Below, piece by piece: positions 1-10,027 of a DNA stretch of 64,000 bases. A program made the position numbers and the translations under genes. Within the stretch, counting starts at the first letter, position 1. Every line of letters starts with the position of its first letter. Under the pieces are notes generated by a model that did no database searches, was not told where the DNA came from, and saw nothing but the letters and a program-made list of their open reading frames with translations. The DNA is from Candidatus Heimdallarchaeota archaeon (GTDB taxonomy: Archaea; Asgardarchaeota; Heimdallarchaeia; Heimdallarchaeales; Heimdallarchaeaceae): NCBI GenBank assembly GCA_018238545.1, contig JABCTC010000018.1, forward strand, positions 1 through 64,000, written 5' to 3'.

Positions 1-2
1 CA

Positions 3-533
3 TTCGGAACAGGTGTAGATCGTCACAATTTAAGAGATAAAGATGAGTGGATTAGAAGATATGCTATTGAAGCACTTGGGAGAAGTGGAGATAAGAGCGC
101 AGTTAAAGTAGTAATCAAAGCTCTAAATGACAAAGCTGATATGGTAAGAGAAGCTGCAATTGATGCTTTAGGAAATTTAAAAGATAATAGAGCAGCTCAA
201 CCTCTAATTAAATATTTTAGCAATAAGAATAATAAGCATAGAGAAGCAGCAGCTAGTGCATTAGGAAGAATAGGAGATAGAAGTGCAGTCAACATACTAT
301 TAAAAGAGTTGAATGACACTGTATCATATTCAATTTTAGGAACTGTAGATTCTTTAGTAAAGCTTAATGCTAAAGAGGCTGTCAATCCAATTAAACAGGT
401 AATTAAGGATATTTCAGCGGAGAAATATAAGAATTATAGACCAGATACTTGGCGATCTTCAGAAAAGCATCAACAGACCATAAAATTCTTGATAAGATTA
501 TGGGAAAAATTAAGTGGTTTGAAATTTAGATAA
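3..533 (+). CDS. HEAT/PBS-lyase repeat protein (5'-partial, frame open to window edge)
   Basis: Frame is open from nt 3. Repeated units WIRRYAIEALGRSGD, VREAAIDALGNLKD and HREAAASALGRIGD. Confidence 0.85.
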   Translation, partial: FGTGVDRHNLRDKDEWIRRYAIEALGRSGDKSAVKVVIKALNDKADMVREAAIDALGNLKDNRAAQPLIKYFSNKNNKHREAAASALGRIGDRSAVNILLKELNDTVSYSILGTVDSLVKLNAKEAVNPIKQVIKDISAEKYKNYRPDTWRSSEKHQQTIKFLIRLWEKLSGLKFR

Positions 534-570
534 TAGAAAATTTGGTTCTATTTCACAAAAAATCTTAATA

Positions 571-1011
571 GAAGATAAACTTGAAGCAATAAGAAGAGCA
601 GACTTCATTCTTAATAGTTTACCAAAAACAACCAATACAGTAGATTTTGTTGATGAAGAAGAGTTCTCTGTTATGAAACCATCGGCTATCATCATCAATG
701 TCGGTAGAGGGAATACAGTCAACGAAAAAGCTATGTATAATGCTCTTAAAGAAAATAGGATCAAAGGTGCAGCTATAGACGTTTGGTATAATTATCCAAA
801 AGGCAGAGACCCGCTTGAAAGAGATCCAAAACCTATTTTTCCTTCAGATTATCCTTTTCAAGAATTAGATAACATTATCATGACAGCTCACAGAGCATGG
901 TCAACTGATTATCCTTGGAGTGAATTTTCGCAAACACTTATTCAAAATATTAACAAATTCATCAGAGGAGAAAAACCTGATAACATTGTAAACTTGGAAG
1001 AGGGATATTAA
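571..1011 (+). pseudogene. 5'-truncated D-isomer-specific 2-hydroxyacid dehydrogenase (C-terminal part of NAD-binding domain only)
   Basis: Homology ADFILNSLPKT..MKPSAIIINVGRG..GAAIDVW..NIIMTAHRA extends upstream of ATG 673. In-frame stops at 511 and 520. No GxGxxG and no N-terminal domain. Confidence 0.75.
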
Positions 1012-1931
1012 TCTTTGAAATCCGGTTCCAATTTCTCCACTTTTTCTTTTGTATCAATCTCTTCTAGTTCAGATTTATCCACATCAGTTGTGTTTGTGTC
1101 TGCTTCTTCTAACTCTTTCTTTTTAGCTATCCTATTTGAAAGAAAACTAGCAATAACTAACATCAATACTAGAACACCAAATATTATGTAAAATATGGTG
1201 TTAAACTGTCCAGCAACGACCTTAAATTCCGATGGAGTAAGATTTCGAATGAATTCAGCTATATCAGTTACTCCTGGATCTATCATAGAAGCACCAAAGT
1301 ACGCAAAGAAAATTGCTCTTGGAATGGAACCAATAAAAGTTGCAAGTGTGTAAGGTTTCCATTTTATATTAGATAAACCAGCTGCGTAAGAAACTGGATC
1401 AAACATTATAAGAGGCACTGCACGGCCAACTATTATTGCCCATATCCCCCATCTTTCAATCCAGATATCCACAACTATGATAAATTTATCCGCTAAGCTC
1501 ACATACTCACCCGCAGATTCAATTATTGGTCTTCCTCCTTTTACAGCAAGAAAATATGTTACAACGCCGCTAATTACAGAACCTACAACACCAATAGCCA
1601 TCCCTGGCCATAGACCAAAAATCATCCCAGCAGAGAGAAGTACAAGTTCAGAAGGAATTGGTGCTATGAGACTTTGTATAATCATCAAAACAAGAAATAC
1701 TAGATATGCCCACCAGCCTATATCCAACAAGGGAAGGATGAAGTAATCACGAATCAAGCTGAAAAGGAAAGTTTCGTCAATGAAAGTCCACACCAATACC
1801 CCAACAGAGATGATAATAATTAGAGTAAAGAGAATGACCATCACAATCTTTTTTGCTGTCCATTCAACTTTTTTTCTTCCAGCTGAAGTTAGTTTTTCAT
1901 CTTGTGAAAACTCGACTTGTGATTCAGGCAT
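1008..1931 (-). CDS. VTT/DedA family (TVP38/TMEM64-like, SNARE-associated) membrane protein
   Basis: APIPSELVLLSAGMIFG, GRAVPLIMFDPVSYAAGLS and YTLATFIGSIPR motifs. Confidence 0.85.
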   Translation of the reverse strand: MPESQVEFSQDEKLTSAGRKKVEWTAKKIVMVILFTLIIIISVGVLVWTFIDETFLFSLIRDYFILPLLDIGWWAYLVFLVLMIIQSLIAPIPSELVLLSAGMIFGLWPGMAIGVVGSVISGVVTYFLAVKGGRPIIESAGEYVSLADKFIIVVDIWIERWGIWAIIVGRAVPLIMFDPVSYAAGLSNIKWKPYTLATFIGSIPRAIFFAYFGASMIDPGVTDIAEFIRNLTPSEFKVVAGQFNTIFYIIFGVLVLMLVIASFLSNRIAKKKELEEADTNTTDVDKSELEEIDTKEKVEKLEPDFKD

Positions 1932-2024
1932 ACATTAGGAAACATCTTGTTTCATAAAAATATTTCCAATTGATGATAAATTGTTAGAAATTAGTTTTTA
2001 ATACTATTTTCAAATTACGTTTTT

Positions 2025-2137
2025 AACAATGATGAGAACAAATTCTCAGTATTGTTGAGAAAAAAATTATCGATTTGTTATTAGGTAGGTTTTTACATGC
2101 ACACACATAAGTAATAAATTCTCACATAAATGAGAAT
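2025..2137. promoter_or_regulatory. Cluster of TGAGAA/TTCTCA inverted repeats in a divergent promoter (putative operator sites)
   Basis: AACAAT-GA-TGAGAA-CAAA-TTCTCA-GT-ATTGTT (2025-2056), TTCTCA-N7-TGAGAA (2043-2061) and ATTCTCA-N6-TGAGAAT (2118-2137). Confidence 0.4.
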
Positions 2138-2169
2138 ACACAGTTTCAGCCCATAGAAGTGCAAAATTA

Positions 2170-5100
2170 GTGAGCAATAAAAATATAAAGGTGCAGATAA
2201 ACAGAACATTGATGAATATCAAAAAACGGTTGATTCTTTTACTAATTGTAACGCTAACATTCACTAGTTCAGTATTAGTTTTAAGTCAAAATGACATAGA
2301 AGATAACGCACAACTTGAAGACCTTTTAGTATTAACAAAATTTGAAGGAAATGAGCAAGAAATCGTATCTCGAACCGTAATTGACGAATTTGGTAATCTT
2401 CACTTTTTTGGAAAAATTCAGTATGATAATGGTACTTTTTTTATTTTTCACGCAGTGGGCAATAATATTTCAATCATCATTTGGGAAGATAATAGTGACA
2501 AATTTTTCTTGCCTTTAGCTATTCCTGGAGGTGTAGTCCTATTTTACTCGTTTCACACTTTTTACGGGACTTCGAAATATTATATGTATACTTGGACACC
2601 AGATTCTTCTGCGAATGTAGAATTCTACACCACCAATGAGATTTTTTCCTTTAATCCTTCTATCTATGTTTACTATAATGAATCTTTCAATGGTTTCAAC
2701 ATGTTCATTATGACAATGACAGCTGAAGGATCTGACCCATTGACAGAGGTTGTAAAAACAAAAATAAGAGAATTCAGAGTTTCTATGGATGGTTCCTATG
2801 AATTAGGCCTATGGTGGATCATAGACTACGAGTATGATTTCCTTATTGATTTTGATTATGTCAATGGACAATTGTATGCTCAGTACAGATATATGGATTC
2901 ATACAACCCGACACACAGGTATTATACAATTGTAACTAGTTTTAACAACACCTACATATCTAATTACATGGAAATAGGAGAAGGTGGTTTTGATCCTGTT
3001 TTCTATGTAACTGAAGATGGTACTTTTCATACAAGGTTGCTTAGAAGTGGAAATTTGTACTATTTAGATTATGAACTAAATGACACGATATCCTTTGATA
3101 TGTTCAATGTCACTGATATTGGTTTATCAACATACAAAGATTATACAATCTTCAAATACGAAGGTTATGAAACGTTTATTTTCAACTCTGAACCATATAT
3201 TGAATATGAGGAATTCTTCGATGATAAGGATTTAAAATCAAAAGTGATAGTTCTTAACAACAATTACACACATTTTGAAAGAGAAGAATTTTATCTTTAC
3301 AACGTTCCAGAATTAGATAATTATCACTCATTCTACATGCAACAATATGAAAATGGATCGAAAGTTTATACCCATTCTACAGTTCTAACAAGAGAAAATT
3401 TCGATCAAAGAAGATTGGTAGAAGACATATACATTGGAGTTTACATTACGACAGATTTGCCTATTAGTTATAGCATGGAACCATTGGTTATTGGTTTAGA
3501 AGTTCTAACTTCTTTTCAGCAATTCTGGGTAAATGTAGGCGTTTATCTCACAATAGCAATTGGAACGGCATTAGTATTCTATTTCATTTTTATGAAAAGA
3601 GTACATAAGATGTTTTCTGACTTTGGAAAGTTTCTTGTTAGACCTGGAAAGAAAGCTAGCGTTAAATTTTCCCTGATTTTCATCAATATTTGGAATTTTA
3701 TTTCAAATACATTTTCAACGCTTTACATACTCTTCAAAACGAATAAGAGAAGACATCTGATGAATCTTGTTGGTATGACACTTCTATCGCTCATACTAAT
3801 CACAAGTACAAGTCTTTACACTTCTAAACAAAAAGTGCTTCTTTCTGAATATACAGACAATATAGATTTGATTCACAATAGTGTCCCCTCTATGAGTATG
3901 ACAATTAATTATGACACTTTCGCTCGAGGTTCTAGTGAGCCAATAATTTCAGACTTCAATGAGGCAGCGCTAAGTGAGATATTTACATTATTGAAATTAG
4001 AGTATAAAACACTTGCAAGTATTATTGGTGAGGTAGATTTTGCTTCCTTCATGTATGGTACAGGAATGGATCCTAATGACAATGATTCCTTATCAGGTAT
4101 AACTTATACAGGTGTTTCTACAAGAGCACAGCCTATACTTGAAGTAATGTTAACTGAAGGTAGATTGCCAGAGAATGTGGGAGAAGTTGTCATATCACCT
4201 GATTTAGTCTTAGAATTAGGATTAGACATAAATGATTCGATGCGGGTATATGGTTCCCGAAGAGGTTATTATAATTTTGAACTAGGATCAACATTCGGAC
4301 TTGTAAAAATAGTTGGAATTGTCACACCTTTGGGGACGGATGAATTACGAGAGTACACTAGGATTTTCGATGTTCCTTATGATACAATTAAAGTTTTGGA
4401 AACTTTTGGTGGAGTATGTTTAACTTACAATGACTTCTATTTTACTAGCTTAGAAGGGTTAAATCCGTATTATACTACAATTACAACTTATGTACAGTTT
4501 CTTTATGATTTTTCTGAATTTGGTCCTACATCAATGGAAACATTAAGACTAGAACAAGAGGATGTTGTAGCAAATAATATTCATGATTTCGAGTTTGCAG
4601 AACACGCTACTTGGCACTTCTCAGACGAACTAGGATTAGTAATTGACACTCTAGGTCCCAAATTAAATTCTTCCATTTTCCTATTCTTCACACTAGCTTT
4701 ACCAATTCTATATTTAGCAATTTTCTTGATTTTTGAAACTAATGAGTTATACAGTAAGAGCATGGAACAGGAAATCGAGATTTTCAAATCCAAAGGTTTG
4801 TCAACGGGGAGAATAGCTGTGAATTACACGGCATTAAAAGTTGCTGAAGCTATTCTCGCAACTGCAATTGGATTTGGATTATCAATGGCTTTAACACCTG
4901 CGTTAATTAAGATGGATTCATTCATCACATTCAACAATACTTTTGCGGCTATTGATGTTTCTAGTGTTCCTCTTGCAGCAGTTTTCACAATTCTTGCCCT
5001 AATATTAATATCATTACCTAAAACAATAAGCACAGCAAGATCGAAAAGAAAAGAGCAAAAAACTCCTCAAAGAATACTAGTTTTGCTGAAGAGAATCAGA

Positions 5101-6531
5101 TTGCCAACTATACTTCTAATTGTAACAGGAGGAGTAATAATGTATCTGAGCTACTTGTTGTACAAATATTTATTTAGCGCCGTAACAGAAAGTGGAAGCA
5201 ATTTATTGATGGTATTCATCTATATTGCAGGAACTGGTGTGCTACTAGCTATGCTAGGATTTGGTCTGTTGTTGAAAGATTTACATTCAATAATCATGAT
5301 AGCAATAAGTAAAATAGCTTGGATGGTAAAGAAATCTGTAGCTTCTTTCTCATTAATAGAGATTCGCTCTGATGTTCATCTATTCAACAATATTTTTCTA
5401 ACTTTTTTCATTCTTGTAGGAATAATCTTACCTTCAATTATATGTCCCGTATCAGTGCAATATAATTTTGAAAAGGATGCTTTAATGTATGCAGGAGCAG
5501 ATCTTTACATAAAAAACTGGAATGATGAAAATTATACATTGTTAGCTGAAATTGAAGCAATACCAGAAATAGTTAGTACAGCTAATGTATCAGCTATTGA
5601 TGGGCACTACGGAGGAGAACAGATCAACATCTATATTCTCAACAATATTACGGAATACCTAGCAACGGCATATACACCACCAAAAGACATGTTCCCTGAT
5701 TGGGGAGAAAGAATTGAAGCACTAGATGATAATAAAACTATGCTGACTTCTTATGTCTTCAAAGAAGAAATTGCCGATGGGTGGAATAGTTTCATGTGGT
5801 CAAACTATTATCAGACTTACAATTCCACCTTCCAAATAACAGGTATTTTTGACTATTTCCCTATTTTTTATGATGTTGGCCCTTTTATTGATGGAAAATC
5901 AAGAAGTGTAAATGCTCTAGCGATTGCAGAACATAATTACCAATACATTGAACCTGCAATAATCGAATTTGGAAGTTATAAAGATAGACTTCTAATAAAG
6001 CTAGATAATGATGTAGATCATTCTGCAGTAAAACACTATTTAGAAGAACATTACCAATTCACCGTAGTGTCAGCCGTAGAAGAAGGAGAAGAAACACAAT
6101 TTAGTAGTTATCCTTTCTATTCGATAATATCAGCAGAATTTGCAATGTCAATACTAATCTGTTTGATAGCAATAGTTTTTATTAGCATATCAAACCCAAT
6201 AAAACTTTTGCAGCAAAGAACAAACAAAAATGATAGATTAAAGAAAATGGGAATATCAACAAAAAGAATTATCCAGTTAGCAGCTGTTGAAACATTCATT
6301 GCAGGAGCATTTCCAGGACTAGTAATGGGAGCAGCTTTCGGATTCGGGTTGGTGGGATTATTCATCTGGACAACGAAGAACTTCTTCTACTCAGGAATGG
6401 GCTTTAAGGTAGTAATAGCGCCAATGGCACTGATTATCAGTTTTGTAATAGCACCTGTGTTATTCTATGCATTATTCTACTATGCGATGAAGAGAAATTA
6501 TGCGAGGTATTTACCAAGGAATTTGGAGTGA
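2170..6531 (+). CDS. Giant FtsX/MacB-type ABC permease with signal peptide and N-terminal extracellular beta-rich domain (probable start ATG 2212)
   Basis: Two FtsX-like modules (EIEIFKSKGLS; RLKKMGISTKRII), EGRLPENVGEVVIS periplasmic motif, many TM helices. Stop overlaps the ATPase start (GTGA). Confidence 0.8.
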   Translation: MSNKNIKVQINRTLMNIKKRLILLLIVTLTFTSSVLVLSQNDIEDNAQLEDLLVLTKFEGNEQEIVSRTVIDEFGNLHFFGKIQYDNGTFFIFHAVGNNISIIIWEDNSDKFFLPLAIPGGVVLFYSFHTFYGTSKYYMYTWTPDSSANVEFYTTNEIFSFNPSIYVYYNESFNGFNMFIMTMTAEGSDPLTEVVKTKIREFRVSMDGSYELGLWWIIDYEYDFLIDFDYVNGQLYAQYRYMDSYNPTHRYYTIVTSFNNTYISNYMEIGEGGFDPVFYVTEDGTFHTRLLRSGNLYYLDYELNDTISFDMFNVTDIGLSTYKDYTIFKYEGYETFIFNSEPYIEYEEFFDDKDLKSKVIVLNNNYTHFEREEFYLYNVPELDNYHSFYMQQYENGSKVYTHSTVLTRENFDQRRLVEDIYIGVYITTDLPISYSMEPLVIGLEVLTSFQQFWVNVGVYLTIAIGTALVFYFIFMKRVHKMFSDFGKFLVRPGKKASVKFSLIFINIWNFISNTFSTLYILFKTNKRRHLMNLVGMTLLSLILITSTSLYTSKQKVLLSEYTDNIDLIHNSVPSMSMTINYDTFARGSSEPIISDFNEAALSEIFTLLKLEYKTLASIIGEVDFASFMYGTGMDPNDNDSLSGITYTGVSTRAQPILEVMLTEGRLPENVGEVVISPDLVLELGLDINDSMRVYGSRRGYYNFELGSTFGLVKIVGIVTPLGTDELREYTRIFDVPYDTIKVLETFGGVCLTYNDFYFTSLEGLNPYYTTITTYVQFLYDFSEFGPTSMETLRLEQEDVVANNIHDFEFAEHATWHFSDELGLVIDTLGPKLNSSIFLFFTLALPILYLAIFLIFETNELYSKSMEQEIEIFKSKGLSTGRIAVNYTALKVAEAILATAIGFGLSMALTPALIKMDSFITFNNTFAAIDVSSVPLAAVFTILALILISLPKTISTARSKRKEQKTPQRILVLLKRIRLPTILLIVTGGVIMYLSYLLYKYLFSAVTESGSNLLMVFIYIAGTGVLLAMLGFGLLLKDLHSIIMIAISKIAWMVKKSVASFSLIEIRSDVHLFNNIFLTFFILVGIILPSIICPVSVQYNFEKDALMYAGADLYIKNWNDENYTLLAEIEAIPEIVSTANVSAIDGHYGGEQINIYILNNITEYLATAYTPPKDMFPDWGERIEALDDNKTMLTSYVFKEEIADGWNSFMWSNYYQTYNSTFQITGIFDYFPIFYDVGPFIDGKSRSVNALAIAEHNYQYIEPAIIEFGSYKDRLLIKLDNDVDHSAVKHYLEEHYQFTVVSAVEEGEETQFSSYPFYSIISAEFAMSILICLIAIVFISISNPIKLLQQRTNKNDRLKKMGISTKRIIQLAAVETFIAGAFPGLVMGAAFGFGLVGLFIWTTKNFFYSGMGFKVVIAPMALIISFVIAPVLFYALFYYAMKRNYARYLPRNLE

Positions 6532-8273
6532 TAAAAATGATAAGATGCGTAGACCTAATTAAAATATATCACGATCCTATTACAGAATATAAGGTATCGG
6601 CATTGCGTGGACTCGACTTAGATGTCGAAGATGGAGAACTTGCATCGATCATCGGTCCCTCGGGGGCTGGTAAATCGACTTTAATCAACATACTCTCAGG
6701 AATGGATACTCCTACAGGAGGATTAGTGTTAATAAAAGGTGTTCAGATAGACAGACTAACTGAGAAGCAAAGAAGAGATTTCAGGTACAATAACATAGGT
6801 TTAGTAAATCAGTTTACAAGCAGGAATTTGTTCAGTAACCTAACCGTAAGAGAAAATCTGATAATGCCTATGAAAATGAGTTTTATGCCAAGAGGAGAAC
6901 AGAAAAGTGAAGCAAACGAATTGCTAGATTTGTTCAACTTGACACATGTAAAAGACAACAAAGCAACGAAAATCTCAGGTGGGGAGTCAATGCGATTGTC
7001 AGTAGCCATTGCTTTAGCACGTAAACCTCATTTTGTTCTTGCTGACGAGCCTACTGGGCAACTAGACAGCAAAAACACGTTTGAAATTATTGACACTTTG
7101 AAGAGCGTAAACAAAGAACTGGGAACGACTATTTTGATCGTTACTCACGATGTCAGATATAGAGGAATTTTCAAGAAAAGTTTTCTCATCAGAGACGGCA
7201 GATTAGTTGGTGTTGGTCAAGATATGAAAAGACAGCAACTAGATTTTCTCAAAGATGCTTCCGTTCTTAACCGAGTCTATATTGATCCCTCTAACTCTAT
7301 GCGCATTCCTGACAGAATCAAATCATCTGTTGCTTTGCGTGATGCAGCTGAACTTGAAGTTCATCCTTCTAAGAAACTTGCACTTATGTGGAACCCAGAT
7401 TTGGTAAGTAAAGAAGACGTGATTGAAATCTTGAAACAACCACCTGATCAGTGGACTGAAACTAAGGATGAGATTACATTTGAAGATGTAGAATATCTAT
7501 TTGATCGTCAATTTAAGCCAAATCCTGATGCTAAAACTTTGATTAAAGTAAAGAATGTTCAGAAAGGATACAAGATTTTTGGTAAAATTAACCCCGTAAT
7601 AAAGGGTATTGATTTAGAGATCAATGAAGGCGATCTAGTGTTTATTTCTGGCCCAAGTGGGGTAGGAAAGACAACTCTTCTAAATCTTATTGCTGGATTA
7701 ATCAAGCCCGATAAAGGTAGAATAAACATTGGAAAAAATAACATCTCGAAGATGGATGACACAAAAGTTTCTGATTTTAGACTAGCAAATATAGCCTATA
7801 TAACTCAATATCACAGTTTGTTTGAACCCATACAACTTGAAGATAACTTACTTATTCCTTATCTTTTCCAAGGAATACCCTTTGATCAAGAATATGCTAC
7901 TTACATTACTCAACAATGTCATATAGATCACAAACTTCTATCCTATCCAGATGAATTATCTGCTGGAGAAAAACAACGTGCCACACTGTCACTAGCTCTT
8001 ACAAGAAAAACACCAATACTCTTAGCAGACGAACCTACAGCTAATATGGACAGTGATCTAGCAAGATCTGTCATGGATACCTTAATGGATGTTGTCGAAG
8101 AGAATAATACAACGTTTCTCATGTGTAGCCACGATCTTTCTTTACTCCGACCAGGTTTTCGTCATATTAAAATTTCTGATGGCTTAGTTGTAGAAGATGC
8201 TAGAATCACTAAACGTTCTCTCAAGAAGATTCTAAGAGAATATCTTCAAATCGAAGACGAGAAAAAAGGCTAA
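6528..8273 (+). CDS. ABC ATP-binding protein with two LolD/FtsE-like NBDs and a central AbrB-like segment
   Basis: NBD1: GPSGAGKST/ISGGE/LADEPTGQLD/THD. NBD2: GPSGVGKTT/LSAGE/LADEPTANMD/SHD. Confidence 0.9.
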   Translation: MIKMIRCVDLIKIYHDPITEYKVSALRGLDLDVEDGELASIIGPSGAGKSTLINILSGMDTPTGGLVLIKGVQIDRLTEKQRRDFRYNNIGLVNQFTSRNLFSNLTVRENLIMPMKMSFMPRGEQKSEANELLDLFNLTHVKDNKATKISGGESMRLSVAIALARKPHFVLADEPTGQLDSKNTFEIIDTLKSVNKELGTTILIVTHDVRYRGIFKKSFLIRDGRLVGVGQDMKRQQLDFLKDASVLNRVYIDPSNSMRIPDRIKSSVALRDAAELEVHPSKKLALMWNPDLVSKEDVIEILKQPPDQWTETKDEITFEDVEYLFDRQFKPNPDAKTLIKVKNVQKGYKIFGKINPVIKGIDLEINEGDLVFISGPSGVGKTTLLNLIAGLIKPDKGRINIGKNNISKMDDTKVSDFRLANIAYITQYHSLFEPIQLEDNLLIPYLFQGIPFDQEYATYITQQCHIDHKLLSYPDELSAGEKQRATLSLALTRKTPILLADEPTANMDSDLARSVMDTLMDVVEENNTTFLMCSHDLSLLRPGFRHIKISDGLVVEDARITKRSLKKILREYLQIEDEKKG

Positions 8274-8279
8274 CTACCT

Positions 8280-8312
8280 CTTTCATTTCTTTTTTCTTAT
8301 TTTATACTTCTT
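8280..8312 (+). terminator. Oligo-T archaeal terminator
   Basis: T-rich run TTTCATTTCTTTTTTCTTATTTT directly after stop 8273. Confidence 0.45.
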
Positions 8313-8377
8313 CTCACAATTTTTCACAAGAAGGAATCACTTAAAACTACCAAAGAAATATTTTAGTTGATTGTAAT

Positions 8378-9916
8378 ATGAAACACCAACTTAATGCTTA
8401 CTTCATATTAAGTGGAGAATTGCCTCCAGAGAGCAAAGAAGATCTAGATGAATTTTTCATCCAATTTAGTGAAAAAATTCAACAATCTAAGAAAGAAGGA
8501 AAATTTGACATCGCTTGGTCTATAAAAAAGAGCGAACTAGCTCTAAAAATATCTTCAATTGATTCAATATCACCTCATGTAGCAATTCTTAGAATCAGAA
8601 AACAGTTAGCAGCTACAATAGGAAAGAAATACAGAGTTGGTTTAAGAGGTTTTAAATTCAAATATTATAAAATAACCACAGAAATTGATGACCAACCCAT
8701 AAAAGAATTCACTTTACCTTTAACCAAAAAACTAACTTTTTCTGAAAAAGAAGGTAAGAATTGGGTTGAAATTCAAATCGATCCTGAGATATCTGAAGAT
8801 TTCGTTGAAAAAGGGACAATTGAACGAATAGTTCGCAGAGTGAGTGAAAAAATTTCTAAACAAAAATATGGTGCAAAGAAAGAGCATCACGAAATTGTTT
8901 TCTACAGCGGTGAAAAAGAGTTATTCACAAAAGAAAATCCTACACAATTAATGCAAAAAGCAAACTGGATCCAACGTACCAATTACAGAAATCAATGGAT
9001 TTTAACTCCTACTCTGACAACTTTATCTGAAGCATTGAAGCAAATAATGGTTGATTACATCTATAAGCCTCTAGGTTTTGATCAGATGATGATACCTAAG
9101 CTAGTTGATTGGTCAGTATGGTTAAAATCTGAACATGCAGAAGGGTTATATCAAGGAGGTTTTGAGCCATATTTTGTTGTTCAACCAAAAGAACCCACAC
9201 CAGAATATTTCGAAGAAATTGCCGATTATATAACAGTTACAAAAACTATCCCAAATGACATGTTATCAGAAAAGGTAACTGCACCCATAGGTGGATTATC
9301 TTATGCTCAATGCCCGCCTTTTTGGCCTTGGTTGCAAGGCAGGACTTTAGCTAAGGAGAGTCTCCCGATAAAAGTGTACGATTGGTCAGGACCTACATAT
9401 CGATATGAATCTGGGTCAGCCTATGGATTTGAAAGGGTTGATGAACTTCATCGAATTGAAACTCTATTTATTGGAACTCCTGAACAAACTAAAAAAATAG
9501 GTAAAGACGTCAGAAACAAACTAAGAGATGTCTTTGAAAAAGCTCTAGATTTAGAGTTCAGAGAAGCTCGAGTGCTTCCTTGGTGGCTCCAACAATCAGC
9601 TCGTGAAGATGAAGAAGATTTAGATGAACTAGTTGTAGGAACTATTGACTTTGAAGCTTATATGCCTTATAGAGGTAGTAGGAAAAAAAGTGAATGGTTA
9701 GAAATACAAAATATATCAATAATCGGTCAGAAATATCCTAAAGGCTTCTCTGTTAAAGCTGAGAGTAATCTAGAACTTTGGAGTGGTTGTGGAGGAGGAT
9801 CGTTTGAAAGGTTCCTAACAGCATTCATTTCACAAAAAGGCTTGAATCCTGATGATTGGCCAACAGAGTTTAAGAAATACTTCGATAAACTGCCAACACC
9901 CGTGAAATTCCATTGA
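8378..9916 (+). CDS. serS: Seryl-tRNA synthetase, type 2 (methanogen-type, Zn-dependent)
   Basis: SYAQCPPFW, DWSGPTYRYESG..ERVDELHRIE, EWLEIQN and LWSGCGG motifs. Candidate Zn ligands are the Cys of AQC, Glu of HRIE and Cys of SGC. Confidence 0.9.
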   Translation: MKHQLNAYFILSGELPPESKEDLDEFFIQFSEKIQQSKKEGKFDIAWSIKKSELALKISSIDSISPHVAILRIRKQLAATIGKKYRVGLRGFKFKYYKITTEIDDQPIKEFTLPLTKKLTFSEKEGKNWVEIQIDPEISEDFVEKGTIERIVRRVSEKISKQKYGAKKEHHEIVFYSGEKELFTKENPTQLMQKANWIQRTNYRNQWILTPTLTTLSEALKQIMVDYIYKPLGFDQMMIPKLVDWSVWLKSEHAEGLYQGGFEPYFVVQPKEPTPEYFEEIADYITVTKTIPNDMLSEKVTAPIGGLSYAQCPPFWPWLQGRTLAKESLPIKVYDWSGPTYRYESGSAYGFERVDELHRIETLFIGTPEQTKKIGKDVRNKLRDVFEKALDLEFREARVLPWWLQQSAREDEEDLDELVVGTIDFEAYMPYRGSRKKSEWLEIQNISIIGQKYPKGFSVKAESNLELWSGCGGGSFERFLTAFISQKGLNPDDWPTEFKKYFDKLPTPVKFH

Positions 9917-10027
9917 TTGTTTTTTTATTTTTTACAAAATCTATTTCAAAAAAAATTAAATCAGCACTAATAGTTTTTTATATTGAACATAAATAAACTA
10001 CGAAGTGATTGCAATTGACAGTTAGGT

